The notes under the pieces were generated by a model that had not been told where the DNA came from, made no database searches, and was given only the letters and a program-made list of their open reading frames with translations. The translations under genes were made by a program, and so were the position numbers. 64,000 nt of DNA, taken from contig JBBCGO010000001.1 of the NCBI GenBank assembly GCA_037200925.1, positions 511,698-575,697 of the forward strand. The letters are read 5' to 3'. Source of the stretch: Candidatus Doudnabacteria bacterium. GTDB taxonomy: Bacteria > Patescibacteriota > Doudnabacteria > UBA920 > O2-02-FULL-48-8. The stretch's first letter is position 1, and the number at the start of each line of letters is the position of its first letter. Below are positions 48,659 through 57,797 of this stretch, in pieces.

Positions 48659-50395
48659 ATGATGTTGCGCAAGCAACCAACAGCTGTCGCAGCGCGCGCG
48701 CAAAGCGTATCCGACAACAAAGCCACCCTCAAAGTCATTCCGCTCGGCGGGATCGAAGAGGTCGGCGAGAACATGACCGTACTTGAGTACGGTGATGACA
48801 TTCTTGTGATCGATATGGGTCTTGGTTTCCCGGATGAGACTATGCCCGGCATCGATTACATAATCCCAAATACCAAATATTTGGAAGACAATAAAAAAAG
48901 GATCCGCGGAGTGATAATCACCCACGGACATTTGGACCACATCGGCGCCATTCCTTACATCATGCCCAAGATCGGCGATCCGCCTATCTACACCATGAAA
49001 TTGACCGGTGAGCTGATCAAAAAGCGTTTGGAAGAATTCCATCTGCTCGGCAGATCCCAAATCCACGAACTGAACAAGGATGATGTTTTGACTTTGGGCA
49101 ATTTCCGCATCCGATTCTTCCGCATCAACCACAATATTCCGGATGGCGTAGGATTGGCCATCAATACTCCTGCCGGCCTGCTGGTCTATGCCACGGACTG
49201 GAAATTCGACCATACTCCGGTGGACGGACGGCCCACGGAATTCGACAAGCTCGCCAAATTCGGCGGCGAAGGCGTGGCTCTTCTGATGTCCGATTCCACC
49301 AATGCCGAAAAACCCGGGTATTCCATGTCCGAAAGGACTCTGGGCGATACGATCGACCGGATCCTGGCTGACGCCAAGGGCCGAGTGATCTTTGCGACCT
49401 TCTCAACCCTGATCTCCCGCGTCCAGCAAGTGATCGATGCGGCTTTCAAATCAAACCGCAAAATTGTGATCACCGGACGGTCCTTGGTCAACAACGTGGA
49501 GATCTGTCTGGCCACCAATTATCTGAGGATGCCCGCCAAAGGCATGATCATCAAGATGGAACAGGCCCGCAAACTGCCTGACAATCAGGTGGTCATCTTA
49601 ACCACAGGTTCCCAGGGCGAGGAAGCTTCGGCCCTGGCCCGCATTGCCAGATCCGAGCACAAGACAATTGAGATCAAAAAAGGCGATACCTGTGTGGTTT
49701 CAGCATCCCCGATCCCTGGCAACGAGCGCGCAGTTTCAGGCATTCTGTCAAACCTGGCCAGGCTTGGTGCAAAAGTCCTGTATCAAAAAATTCTGGACAT
49801 CCATACCTCGGGACACGCATACCAGGAAGATCTGAAGCTGATGATCTCTCTGACCAAGCCGAAGAACTTCATGCCCATCCACGGCGAGCACCACATGTTG
49901 GTGGCGCATGCCCAGTTGGCCAAAGACGTCGGCGTGCCGGAAGAAAATATATTTATCCTGGATAACGGCCAGATGCTGGAGATGGCAACGACAGGATTGC
50001 ACATCACGGAAGCCAAGATCCCGACCGGCTATGTTTACGTGGACGGCCTGGGAGTGGGCGACGTCGGCGAGGTCGTTTTGCGCGACAGACAGGTCATGAG
50101 CAAAGACGGTATGTTTGTCATCATCATGACCATTGACCGCAAGACCAGCAAACTGACCCAGCCGCCGGATATCATCTCGCGCGGATTCATCTATATGAAA
50201 GGATCCGAAGATCTTCTGAAAGAAGTAAAGCACGAGGTCCGCAAAGTTGTGGAAAGCAAAGGCAAGGGACCGGGAGGCATGCGCGAACCGAACTGGAGTT
50301 TTATCCGTTCGGAGGTCCGCGACCAGATCGGCGAATTCCTGTTCCAAAGAACAGAACGAAGGCCGATGGTCCTGCCGGTAGTAATTGAGGTATAA
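48659..50395 (+). CDS. rnj: Ribonuclease J (beta-CASP metallo-beta-lactamase)
   Basis: HGHLDHIGAIPY motif, beta-CASP region, C-terminal domain. Confidence 0.92.
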   Translation: MMLRKQPTAVAARAQSVSDNKATLKVIPLGGIEEVGENMTVLEYGDDILVIDMGLGFPDETMPGIDYIIPNTKYLEDNKKRIRGVIITHGHLDHIGAIPYIMPKIGDPPIYTMKLTGELIKKRLEEFHLLGRSQIHELNKDDVLTLGNFRIRFFRINHNIPDGVGLAINTPAGLLVYATDWKFDHTPVDGRPTEFDKLAKFGGEGVALLMSDSTNAEKPGYSMSERTLGDTIDRILADAKGRVIFATFSTLISRVQQVIDAAFKSNRKIVITGRSLVNNVEICLATNYLRMPAKGMIIKMEQARKLPDNQVVILTTGSQGEEASALARIARSEHKTIEIKKGDTCVVSASPIPGNERAVSGILSNLARLGAKVLYQKILDIHTSGHAYQEDLKLMISLTKPKNFMPIHGEHHMLVAHAQLAKDVGVPEENIFILDNGQMLEMATTGLHITEAKIPTGYVYVDGLGVGDVGEVVLRDRQVMSKDGMFVIIMTIDRKTSKLTQPPDIISRGFIYMKGSEDLLKEVKHEVRKVVESKGKGPGGMREPNWSFIRSEVRDQIGEFLFQRTERRPMVLPVVIEV

Positions 50396-50696
50396 AACTA
50401 TGAGTGAACAAGAACCAAATTTCGAACAACAACTGGAAGCTCTAAAATTCTCTGTACAAACTCTGGGACAGGAATCGGACCCTGTTAAAATTCTGGATAT
50501 GGCCAGAGATCTAATCTCATCTGTGCCTGAGCGGTCAAATAATCTGATGCCTGATTTTATGTCTGACAGGCAAAAATTTATAACAATGTGGGAGCAAGCA
50601 AAAACCGAAGAAAGTAAAACCAAGATCAAACTGCAGCTCAAACAGGGGCTTGAGCGCATTATTGACCGAATGCAACAAAGGCCTAAGGCTGCCTAA
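50385..50696 (+). CDS. Hypothetical small protein (103 aa), overlaps rnj stop
   Basis: Intact ORF followed by strong terminator. Confidence 0.5.
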   Translation: MRYKTMSEQEPNFEQQLEALKFSVQTLGQESDPVKILDMARDLISSVPERSNNLMPDFMSDRQKFITMWEQAKTEESKTKIKLQLKQGLERIIDRMQQRPKAA

Positions 50697-50702
50697 AAAC
50701 CA

Positions 50703-50730
50703 AACCGCCCAACCGGGCGGTTTTTTTTAT
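50703..50730 (+). terminator. Intrinsic terminator (CCGCCC-aacc-GGGCGG + T8)
   Basis: Seen directly. Confidence 0.8.
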
Positions 50731-50742
50731 TGCTTAAATTTA

Positions 50743-50772
50743 TTGACAAAAAATTGTTTTCGCTCATAAAAT
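50743..50772 (+). promoter_or_regulatory. Sigma70-type promoter TTGACA-17/18-(C)ATAAAAT
   Basis: Consensus -35, A/T-rich -10, followed by AAGGAG RBS and ATG 50805. Confidence 0.55.
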
Positions 50773-50804
50773 GCATTATTAGGGACAATCAAAAGGAGTG
50801 TGTG

Positions 50805-51188
50805 ATGGCTCGTGCGAAAGTTCGGCCGTTCCCGAAAACGTTCGTTCGTGACGTTCTGAAGGAGATCGGCTACGTCCCGGGCGTGCGGACAGCTCTGAAG
50901 CGAGGCATCGGTGATTACGGAAGCCGGGGAAGGCGGATTCATAATTTACTGCGATGGGAAGCCGAAAAGTACTTTGTGGACCTGGACCTGCCCGCGATCG
51001 TAACGGTCTTGGATGCGAAAAAACCCAAAACAGTCAAAACGCTGGCTATGCAGATACACAAATATCTGCGTATCGTCAGGCTCTTGATTAGGTACAAGAA
51101 AATTTGGGACGCCGAGGCCCGCAACGAACAGAAAGGCCACAGATTTCAAAAACTGGAAAGAGCGGCAGACAGCACCTCGACTGTCTAA
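50805..51188 (+). CDS. Hypothetical basic protein (127 aa)
   Basis: MARAKVRPFPKTFVRDVLKEIGY...; own promoter, RBS. Confidence 0.5.
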   Translation: MARAKVRPFPKTFVRDVLKEIGYVPGVRTALKRGIGDYGSRGRRIHNLLRWEAEKYFVDLDLPAIVTVLDAKKPKTVKTLAMQIHKYLRIVRLLIRYKKIWDAEARNEQKGHRFQKLERAADSTSTV

Positions 51189-51233
51189 CTCATTCCTCTT
51201 TTTTTTATTTATAAATAAGCATATAATACCATT

Positions 51234-52214
51234 ATGAAAGACGTTATTGTTTCGGGAATCCAGCCTACAGGTGAACTGCATATCGGCAACTATCTTGGCT
51301 CGCTAAAAAATTTTGTCGAATTGCAAGACAAATTTGAGTGCTATTTTTTTATTGCAGACCTGCACTCGATCACCGAAGATTACGAGCCGGGCGAAGCTAA
51401 AACAAAACAGATCTTGGATTTAGTGGCCACATTCCTGGCCGCGGGCTTGGATCCCGAAAAATGTACGATCTTTATTCAATCACAAATATCGGCACACGCT
51501 GAGCTTGCCTGGATCTTTAATACTATTGTTCCCATGGGCGAACTTGAACGCATGACGCAATATAAAGACAAAGCTTCCCGCCAGGAAGCTAATATTAACG
51601 TTGGCCTTTTCGATTACCCTGTACTTATGGCGGCTGACATTTTGCTTTACAAAGCCACTTACGTACCTGTCGGCCATGATCAGCTCCAGCATTTGGAATT
51701 GACCAACACTATTGTCAGAAAATTCAACAATAAATTCGGCCAAACTTTCAATGAGATCAAACCTTACATGCAAAAACCGGTGCGGGTCATGAGTCTTTCT
51801 GAACCGGAACGTAAAATGAGCAAATCCGAACCGGGTTCTTTTATAAATATGTTTGACGAACCGGATGTAATCCGCAAAAAACTGGCCAAAGCGGTCACTG
51901 CCACCGATGCGCCGGCAGGTAAAATGCCCAGGGGCGTAAAAAATCTTTTTGACCTGCTCCAGGAATTTGCCGATAAAAAAACTGTTGATGATTTTACCAA
52001 ACAATATCAGGCCGGCGCGATCAAATATTCCGAGTTGAAATCAGAACTGGCCGAATCCCTGATCAAATATTTCGAACCGTTCAGAACCAAAAAGGCGGAA
52101 TTGGAAAAAGACAGCGCAAAACTGCAGACGATCATTACCGAAGGCGCCAAAAAAGCTCAAATTGTCGCAAACCAAACATTAACCGAAGTGAAACAGAAAA
52201 TAGGTTTGATATAA
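51234..52214 (+). CDS. trpS: Tryptophanyl-tRNA synthetase
   Basis: HIGNYLG (HIGH) and KMSKS motifs. Confidence 0.95.
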   Translation: MKDVIVSGIQPTGELHIGNYLGSLKNFVELQDKFECYFFIADLHSITEDYEPGEAKTKQILDLVATFLAAGLDPEKCTIFIQSQISAHAELAWIFNTIVPMGELERMTQYKDKASRQEANINVGLFDYPVLMAADILLYKATYVPVGHDQLQHLELTNTIVRKFNNKFGQTFNEIKPYMQKPVRVMSLSEPERKMSKSEPGSFINMFDEPDVIRKKLAKAVTATDAPAGKMPRGVKNLFDLLQEFADKKTVDDFTKQYQAGAIKYSELKSELAESLIKYFEPFRTKKAELEKDSAKLQTIITEGAKKAQIVANQTLTEVKQKIGLI

Positions 52215-52242
52215 ACACGCAGTTAACGCGTGTTCGTGTTTT
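52214..52242 (+). terminator. Weak terminator after trpS (AACACGC-agttaac-GCGTGTT + TGTTTT)
   Basis: Seen directly. Confidence 0.4.
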
Positions 52243-52253
52243 AAGGGGGGTCT

Positions 52254-52568
52254 ATGAAAGTTTGGATCCAGTGCCGGACTGTTGCTGATGCGGAATTTTT
52301 TGTGCAAGCAGTTATCGAAGGTTATTTTGGAGATCCTCTGGCTTGCCAGATCAGCCCGCTCAACCCCTGTTCTGTGGATGTGAATTTCCATTCGCACCCA
52401 CTTGACGATGAAAAGATTCGAATCATATCCTTCCTGGTCGACTGGGACAGGTATGAAGATGAATCTTGCATCGACGAGCGACACATAGTGAAAACATCCC
52501 TTTTGTTGCCTCCGGATCTAAGGCGAGGAGTTCTTCTTCCTATGCAAGAGCGAAAAAAGACGAACTGA
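52254..52568 (+). CDS. Hypothetical protein (104 aa)
   Basis: AAGGGGGG RBS 4 nt before ATG. Confidence 0.5.
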   Translation: MKVWIQCRTVADAEFFVQAVIEGYFGDPLACQISPLNPCSVDVNFHSHPLDDEKIRIISFLVDWDRYEDESCIDERHIVKTSLLLPPDLRRGVLLPMQERKKTN

Positions 52569-52577
52569 AAACCAACA

Positions 52578-52615
52578 AAGACATTCGGCGGAAGTCGAAT
52601 GTCCTTCTTTTTTTA
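52578..52615. terminator. Bidirectional terminator (GACATTCG-gcggaagt-CGAATGTC + T-tracts)
   Basis: 8-bp perfect stem between convergent genes. Confidence 0.8.
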
Positions 52616-53968
52616 TTTCTGTATTAAATCCAAAAGTTCCTGGGTTTTTTGTTTCAAAGTTTCCGGGTCTTTCGTCTCTAAATTTAACCTGACCAAAGGT
52701 TCGGTATTTGAAGGCCTGACATTTGCCCGCCAGGTCGGGTATTCAATCGAGATCCCATCGATGAAGGAGAGTGAGCCATCTCTAAAATTATGTTTTAACT
52801 TTTCAATTACAGCATTCACATCCGGCACGCTCACACTTGTCTCGTCGATGGCAAAATATTTGGCGAATAAGGGTTCATAGATCTCGCTTAATTTTTTGCC
52901 GGTGTCCGAAAGGATTTCCAAGATCAGCAAAAAAGGGATCAAGCCGTTATCCAGGTAAAAATAGTCTTTGAAAAAATAATGGCCCGACACCTCACCGCCG
53001 AACACGGCATCTTCCGCGATCATGCGCTCTTTAAAAAAACTATGCCCGGTTTTATTCGGCAAAGCCGTTCCTCCGGCCGCATTGACCGTATCGATGATAG
53101 CCCAATTCAGCTTCATGTCCACCACGATCTTGGATTTCGGATATTTTTTCAAAAAATATCCGGCCAGGATCGCCGAAGTAAAATATCCGGAAAGGAATCT
53201 GCCGGTTTCATCGATAAAAAAACACCGGTCCGCATCCGAGTCCCACATTACCCCCAGGTCCGCTTTGTTTTGTTTTACCAAAGCCACGGTTTCGTTCCGA
53301 TTTTCCGGGATCAAAGGATCCGGCCGGCCTTTGGGAAACTCGCCGTTCGGTTCGGCATTGATCACAGTTAAGTCCATCGGCAACTGCTCGGCCAATTTTT
53401 TCAGAACCGGTCCTGTAGTGCCAAAATTGGTATTAGCCACGACACGAAAACGCTTAATTTTAGTTTTATCAATTACGGATAAAACTTTGGCAAGATACTC
53501 GTCCAAAATTTCTTTGGGTTCCACTTTTCCTTTGACTTCTGATTGAAATTTATAGTCATTCAAAACCAGATCGCGGATATCCATGATCCCGCTGTCGCCT
53601 GAAATAGGAACTCCTTTTGCCCGCACCATTTTAAATCCGTTGAATTCGCGGGGATTATGGGAAGCTGTTACTGTCAGTCCTCCATCGTAACCGTAATTGG
53701 CAACCGCAAAATACATCATGTCAGTCGACACAACGCCGATGTCGACGACATTCACTCCGTGATCGATCAACCCCTGCTTAGCCGCTTCCCAAAGCTTGGG
53801 GCCTGAAAGTCTCACATCTCGGCCGAGAGCGACTGTTTTCGGATTTATAAATTTTGCGTAAGCCTGTCCGATTTTATATGCCACCTCTTCGTTTATCTGC
53901 CCGGGATAAATTCCGCGGATGTCGTAAGCTTTAAAAATTGTCGGGTCAATTTTATTCATAGCATACAA
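52613..53968 (-). CDS. pgm: Phosphoglucomutase/phosphomannomutase (alpha-D-phosphohexomutase)
   Basis: TASHNPREFNGFK active-site serine loop. Confidence 0.9.
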   Translation of the reverse strand: MYAMNKIDPTIFKAYDIRGIYPGQINEEVAYKIGQAYAKFINPKTVALGRDVRLSGPKLWEAAKQGLIDHGVNVVDIGVVSTDMMYFAVANYGYDGGLTVTASHNPREFNGFKMVRAKGVPISGDSGIMDIRDLVLNDYKFQSEVKGKVEPKEILDEYLAKVLSVIDKTKIKRFRVVANTNFGTTGPVLKKLAEQLPMDLTVINAEPNGEFPKGRPDPLIPENRNETVALVKQNKADLGVMWDSDADRCFFIDETGRFLSGYFTSAILAGYFLKKYPKSKIVVDMKLNWAIIDTVNAAGGTALPNKTGHSFFKERMIAEDAVFGGEVSGHYFFKDYFYLDNGLIPFLLILEILSDTGKKLSEIYEPLFAKYFAIDETSVSVPDVNAVIEKLKHNFRDGSLSFIDGISIEYPTWRANVRPSNTEPLVRLNLETKDPETLKQKTQELLDLIQK

Positions 53969-54007
53969 AGTCTATCAAATATGTATGTAAAATGCTAGAA
54001 TTTGTTC

Positions 54008-55063
54008 ATGTCATTCTCCGTAGGAATTGTTGGCTTACCCAACGTCGGCAAGTCTACTTTATTTAATGCGCTCACGAAGCAGCAGGCAGCTGCTTCGAAT
54101 TTTCCGTTTACCACGATTGATCCGAATGTCGGCGTGATCGCGGTTCCGGATGAACGTTTGGCGAAACTGGCGGCATTGGAAAAATCGGAAAAGATCGTGC
54201 CGACTTCGATTCAATTCGTGGATATTGCCGGATTAGTTAAGGGTGCCGCTCAAGGAGAGGGCTTAGGCAATAAATTTCTCTCACACATCCGTGAAGTGGA
54301 TGCGATCGTGCAAGTGGTGAGGTTTTTTGAAAGTGAAGATATCATCCATGTCGAGGGAACTGTTGATCCTGCGCGCGATATTGAAGTGATCAACATCGAA
54401 TTGATGCTTGCGGATCTGGCTACAGTCAATAAACGGCTGGAAAGTCTGGGAAAAGAGATCAAAAGCGGCAATAAGGAAGCATTGATCCTTAAAACAGCTT
54501 TAGATAAAATCCAAAAAGCTTTGGAAGCAGGAAAACTTGCCCGCGAGGTCAGTTTAACCGAAGAAGAATTGCGGCCGGTCAAACAACTGCAGCTTCTAAC
54601 CATGAAGCCGACGCTTTATGTGGCAAACACTAATGCTTCAAAAGTTAACCCAATGAACGGCATTGAATTTTTACCCATTGATGTTAAAATTGAATCAGAA
54701 TTGGCCGAACTTTCGGATGAGGAGCGTGTGGACTATATGAAAGAGCTTGGCATTTCTGAATCAGGTTTGGATCGCTTGGCAGCCGCTTCTTACAAGTTGC
54801 TTAACTTGATCACCTTTATCACGGCAGGGCCCAAGGAAAGCAAAGCCTGGACGATTGTTGCCGGCACCAAAGCCCCGCAAGCCGCTGGCGTCATCCACAC
54901 TGATTTTGAAAAAGGCTTTATCCGCGCAGAAATAATCCAGTGGGATAAGCTCTTGGAATCCCAAGGTTATGCCGGTGCACGCGACCGCGGCTGGCTGCGC
55001 GTGGAAGGCAAAGAATATGTGATGGCTGACGGAGATGTCGCGCATTTTCGCTTCAATGTCTGA
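54008..55063 (+). CDS. ychF: Ribosome-binding ATPase YchF/Ola1
   Basis: [21 protein letters not shown] domain C-terminus. Confidence 0.92.
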   Translation: MSFSVGIVGLPNVGKSTLFNALTKQQAAASNFPFTTIDPNVGVIAVPDERLAKLAALEKSEKIVPTSIQFVDIAGLVKGAAQGEGLGNKFLSHIREVDAIVQVVRFFESEDIIHVEGTVDPARDIEVINIELMLADLATVNKRLESLGKEIKSGNKEALILKTALDKIQKALEAGKLAREVSLTEEELRPVKQLQLLTMKPTLYVANTNASKVNPMNGIEFLPIDVKIESELAELSDEERVDYMKELGISESGLDRLAAASYKLLNLITFITAGPKESKAWTIVAGTKAPQAAGVIHTDFEKGFIRAEIIQWDKLLESQGYAGARDRGWLRVEGKEYVMADGDVAHFRFNV

Positions 55064-55757
55064 ACAAAAAACAATCTATGCTCTGGGGATAGTCGCTCAT
55101 CCGGATGATGAGTCGTTTCTGTTTGCCGGCACTTGCCTGAAACTGGCTGCTGAAGGCAAAAACATGGCTGTCATCTGCGCAACCAAAGGGGAAAAAGGCG
55201 CGGACCGGCTCAAGCGCAAACTTTCCATGGCGCAAATGGCAAAACTTCGCCAGCTTGAAGGGAAGAAAGCTGCGAAGATAATCAAATTATCCAAATTAGA
55301 ATTTTTTAATTACCCTGACGGCGGATTGGATCGGGTAGATTTCTTGAAACTCACTGCCAGGCTTGCCGAAAAAATTGAAAAATACCGGCCTGAAATTATT
55401 TTAACTTTCGGCAAAGAAGGAATTTCCGGCCACAAGGATCATATTGTGATCGGTAAAGCGACAATTACGGCGGTTAAAAGATCCAAGTACAAACCGCAAA
55501 AAATCCTATTGGCAAGCATTCCCGCCTCGGCCATCAAAGTGTTCAACAAACATTTAATTACCCGGAAAGTTCATCTTTCACATTTTTCGCCGCAAATTCT
55601 GAAAGGCGTTCCCGATAATAACCTTCTGAAAATTGATATACGAAAATACGCCAAACTAAAACACATGACATTAAAAGCCCACGAAAGCCAATTCTTGCCC
55701 TCTTTCGCCCTGGCCGCACTGCAAAAACAAGAATGCTTTGAAGTGATTGTGCCTTGA
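55056..55757 (+). CDS. PIG-L/LmbE family N-acetylglucosaminyl deacetylase
   Basis: GIVAHPDDESF motif; ATGTCTGA overlap with ychF stop. Confidence 0.8.
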   Translation: MSEQKTIYALGIVAHPDDESFLFAGTCLKLAAEGKNMAVICATKGEKGADRLKRKLSMAQMAKLRQLEGKKAAKIIKLSKLEFFNYPDGGLDRVDFLKLTARLAEKIEKYRPEIILTFGKEGISGHKDHIVIGKATITAVKRSKYKPQKILLASIPASAIKVFNKHLITRKVHLSHFSPQILKGVPDNNLLKIDIRKYAKLKHMTLKAHESQFLPSFALAALQKQECFEVIVP

Positions 55758-55862
55758 CGCAAGCTCTTTTACTTGCTAAAATATCAAAGCTTTAACAAAT
55801 CAATAAATTTAAGCACATATTCGGTCCGGGCTTGGCTTGGGCTGATAAAGAAAGGTTTCTTT

Positions 55863-56318
55863 ATGCCAAAATATGAGCTGATGTATATTTTATCTTCAGC
55901 CGTCTCCGACAATGACGTGCCCACTGTCAGTTCAGAGGTCGACAAATTTTTGACTGACAATGGCGCGACGATCCTTACCCAAGAAATGTTGGGCAAGAAA
56001 AAATTGGCCTATCCAATTAAGAAAACCCGGAACGGTTTTTATGTTCTGGAAACTTTTAATATGGAAGGGTCCAAGCTGCAAAGCTTGGACAATAAACTTC
56101 GCTCCATGGAACCGATCATCCGCTATCTGGCCGTGAACGTGGATGATCAGGAACGGCGCGCGATCAAAGACCGGGGCATTCAAGACAAAATGAAAGCCGC
56201 ACGCAAGCCTCAAAAGATCGAAACAGCAACGCCTTTGGTGCCGGAAGTCAAATTGACTGACACTGAACTCGAGAGCAAAATTGAAAAGGCAATTGAATCC
56301 GAAGATCTAGCTAAATAA
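55863..56318 (+). CDS. rpsF: 30S ribosomal protein S6
   Basis: MPKYELMYILSS... ; rpsF-ssb-rpsR order. Confidence 0.9.
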   Translation: MPKYELMYILSSAVSDNDVPTVSSEVDKFLTDNGATILTQEMLGKKKLAYPIKKTRNGFYVLETFNMEGSKLQSLDNKLRSMEPIIRYLAVNVDDQERRAIKDRGIQDKMKAARKPQKIETATPLVPEVKLTDTELESKIEKAIESEDLAK

Positions 56319-56331
56319 TTAATTCAAATAT

Positions 56332-56799
56332 ATGGACCTGAATAAAGTCATGATCATCGGCCGTCTGACGCGCGACCCGGAAGTCCGCACCACGCCAAGC
56401 GGCGCCAATGTTGCTTCGTTCTCAGTGGCGACCAGCTTTAACTGGACCGACCAGCAGGGGCAGAAAAAAGAACAGACCGAATTCCACAATGTCGTGGCCT
56501 GGCGCAAGCTGGCGGACATTGTCGGACAATACCTGAAAAAAGGAACCCAGGTCTATATCGAAGGGAGGCTTTCGACCACTTCCTGGGACGATAAGACCAG
56601 CGGACAGAAACGCTACCGCACAGAGATCGTGGCTGACAACATGATCATGCTCGCCCGCCCGGGCGGAGCTTCGCAAACGGGTTCGGGCAGTTACACTCCG
56701 CCTGCATCTACGCCCAATCAAACACGTTTGGCCGAACAGCCGGAACCCAAATCCGACATTCCGGAAATTCAAATTGACGACTCTGATATTCCTTTTTAA
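56332..56799 (+). CDS. ssb: Single-stranded DNA-binding protein
   Basis: OB fold, C-terminal acidic tail ending DIPF. Confidence 0.95.
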   Translation: MDLNKVMIIGRLTRDPEVRTTPSGANVASFSVATSFNWTDQQGQKKEQTEFHNVVAWRKLADIVGQYLKKGTQVYIEGRLSTTSWDDKTSGQKRYRTEIVADNMIMLARPGGASQTGSGSYTPPASTPNQTRLAEQPEPKSDIPEIQIDDSDIPF

Positions 56800-56817
56800 T
56801 AATTAGAAATTTACATT

Positions 56818-57042
56818 ATGGCAGCCCCAATAAATAATATTAAAAAACCTTGCCTGTTCTGCACGGAAAAGATCTCTTTCGTGGATTACAAAGACACGCA
56901 ATTCATGCGCCGGTTCATGAGCCCGCATGCCAAAATTTTGTCGTCTAAAAAAACAGGCACTTGCGCCAAGCATCAGCGGATGGTATCAACCGCACTGAAG
57001 CGCGCCCGCCACATGGCACTGTTGCCATTCGTGAGCTCTTAA
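56818..57042 (+). CDS. rpsR: 30S ribosomal protein S18
   Basis: CLFCTEKISFVDYKD...RHMALLPF. Confidence 0.92.
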   Translation: MAAPINNIKKPCLFCTEKISFVDYKDTQFMRRFMSPHAKILSSKKTGTCAKHQRMVSTALKRARHMALLPFVSS

Positions 57043-57103
57043 ATTAATTACGAAAAAATTGAGTCGCAGTTCCGACTTGTCGGGACGAGAACAATTTTTT
57101 CGA

Positions 57104-57160
57104 GAGGAGCAATATGTAGACCGGAGCATAATCGCTGAAAGCGATTTGCGAAGTGTCTAC
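57104..57160 (+). promoter_or_regulatory. efp leader: SD (AGAGGAG) + ATG-TAG start-stop minimal ORF overlapping a nested hairpin (GTAGAC..ATCGCT-gaa-AGCGAT..GTCTAC)
   Basis: Seen directly 14 nt upstream of efp ATG. Confidence 0.4.
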
Positions 57161-57173
57161 CAATTGTGACGAA

Positions 57174-57746
57174 ATGGCAGTTTTAGATTTTTCCGATCTC
57201 AAAGGGACGGGCCAGATCATCAAATATAACGGCGAACCCTACCAGATCATCTGGTCAAATTTTATGCGCACCGCGCAAAGAAAACCGGTGATCCAAGCTA
57301 AACTGAGAAACCTCATGACAGGCAAGGTCATGGAGTACTCATTTAAATACGGCGAAAAGATCCCTGAGGCTGACGTCATCAAACGAAAATGCCAATATCT
57401 CTACGCTGACGATGAGGGCGCACATTTCATGAACCCGGAAACCTTTGAAACCATCATGGTGCCGAAAGTCCTGGTGGAGGACCAGGTTAAATTTCTCAAA
57501 GAAGGCACAGATACCACGATCATGTTTTTTGAGGATAAGCCGATCGCGCTGGACCTGCCGGTCAAGATAGACCTCAAAGTCACGGAAACCGCGCCCGGCG
57601 TGAAAGGCGATACTGCCACGGGCGGCACGAAGCCCGCGACACTGGAAACCGGCCACGTGGTCAATGTGCCGCTGTTCATCAAAGAAGGCGATACGGTCAG
57701 AGTAGATACAAGGTCCGGTAATTACGTCGAAAGAGCTTCGCAATAA
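57174..57746 (+). CDS. efp: Elongation factor P
   Basis: Aligns to E. coli EF-P from MAVLDFSDLKGTGQII; GDTATGGTKPATLETG. Confidence 0.93.
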   Translation: MAVLDFSDLKGTGQIIKYNGEPYQIIWSNFMRTAQRKPVIQAKLRNLMTGKVMEYSFKYGEKIPEADVIKRKCQYLYADDEGAHFMNPETFETIMVPKVLVEDQVKFLKEGTDTTIMFFEDKPIALDLPVKIDLKVTETAPGVKGDTATGGTKPATLETGHVVNVPLFIKEGDTVRVDTRSGNYVERASQ

Positions 57747-57754
57747 TAATTTAA

Positions 57755-57790
57755 TAAAAAACCGCCTCGTACATACGAGGCGGTTTTATT
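57755..57790. terminator. Bidirectional terminator (ACCGCCTCGT-acat-ACGAGGCGGT, A6/T-tract flanks)
   Basis: 10-bp perfect stem. Confidence 0.85.
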
Positions 57791-57797
57791 GCTATTA

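Noticed and set aside
49748-50659. 303-aa minus-strand ORF inside rnj
   Set aside because: Antisense to RNase J, which has clear beta-CASP motifs on the plus strand.
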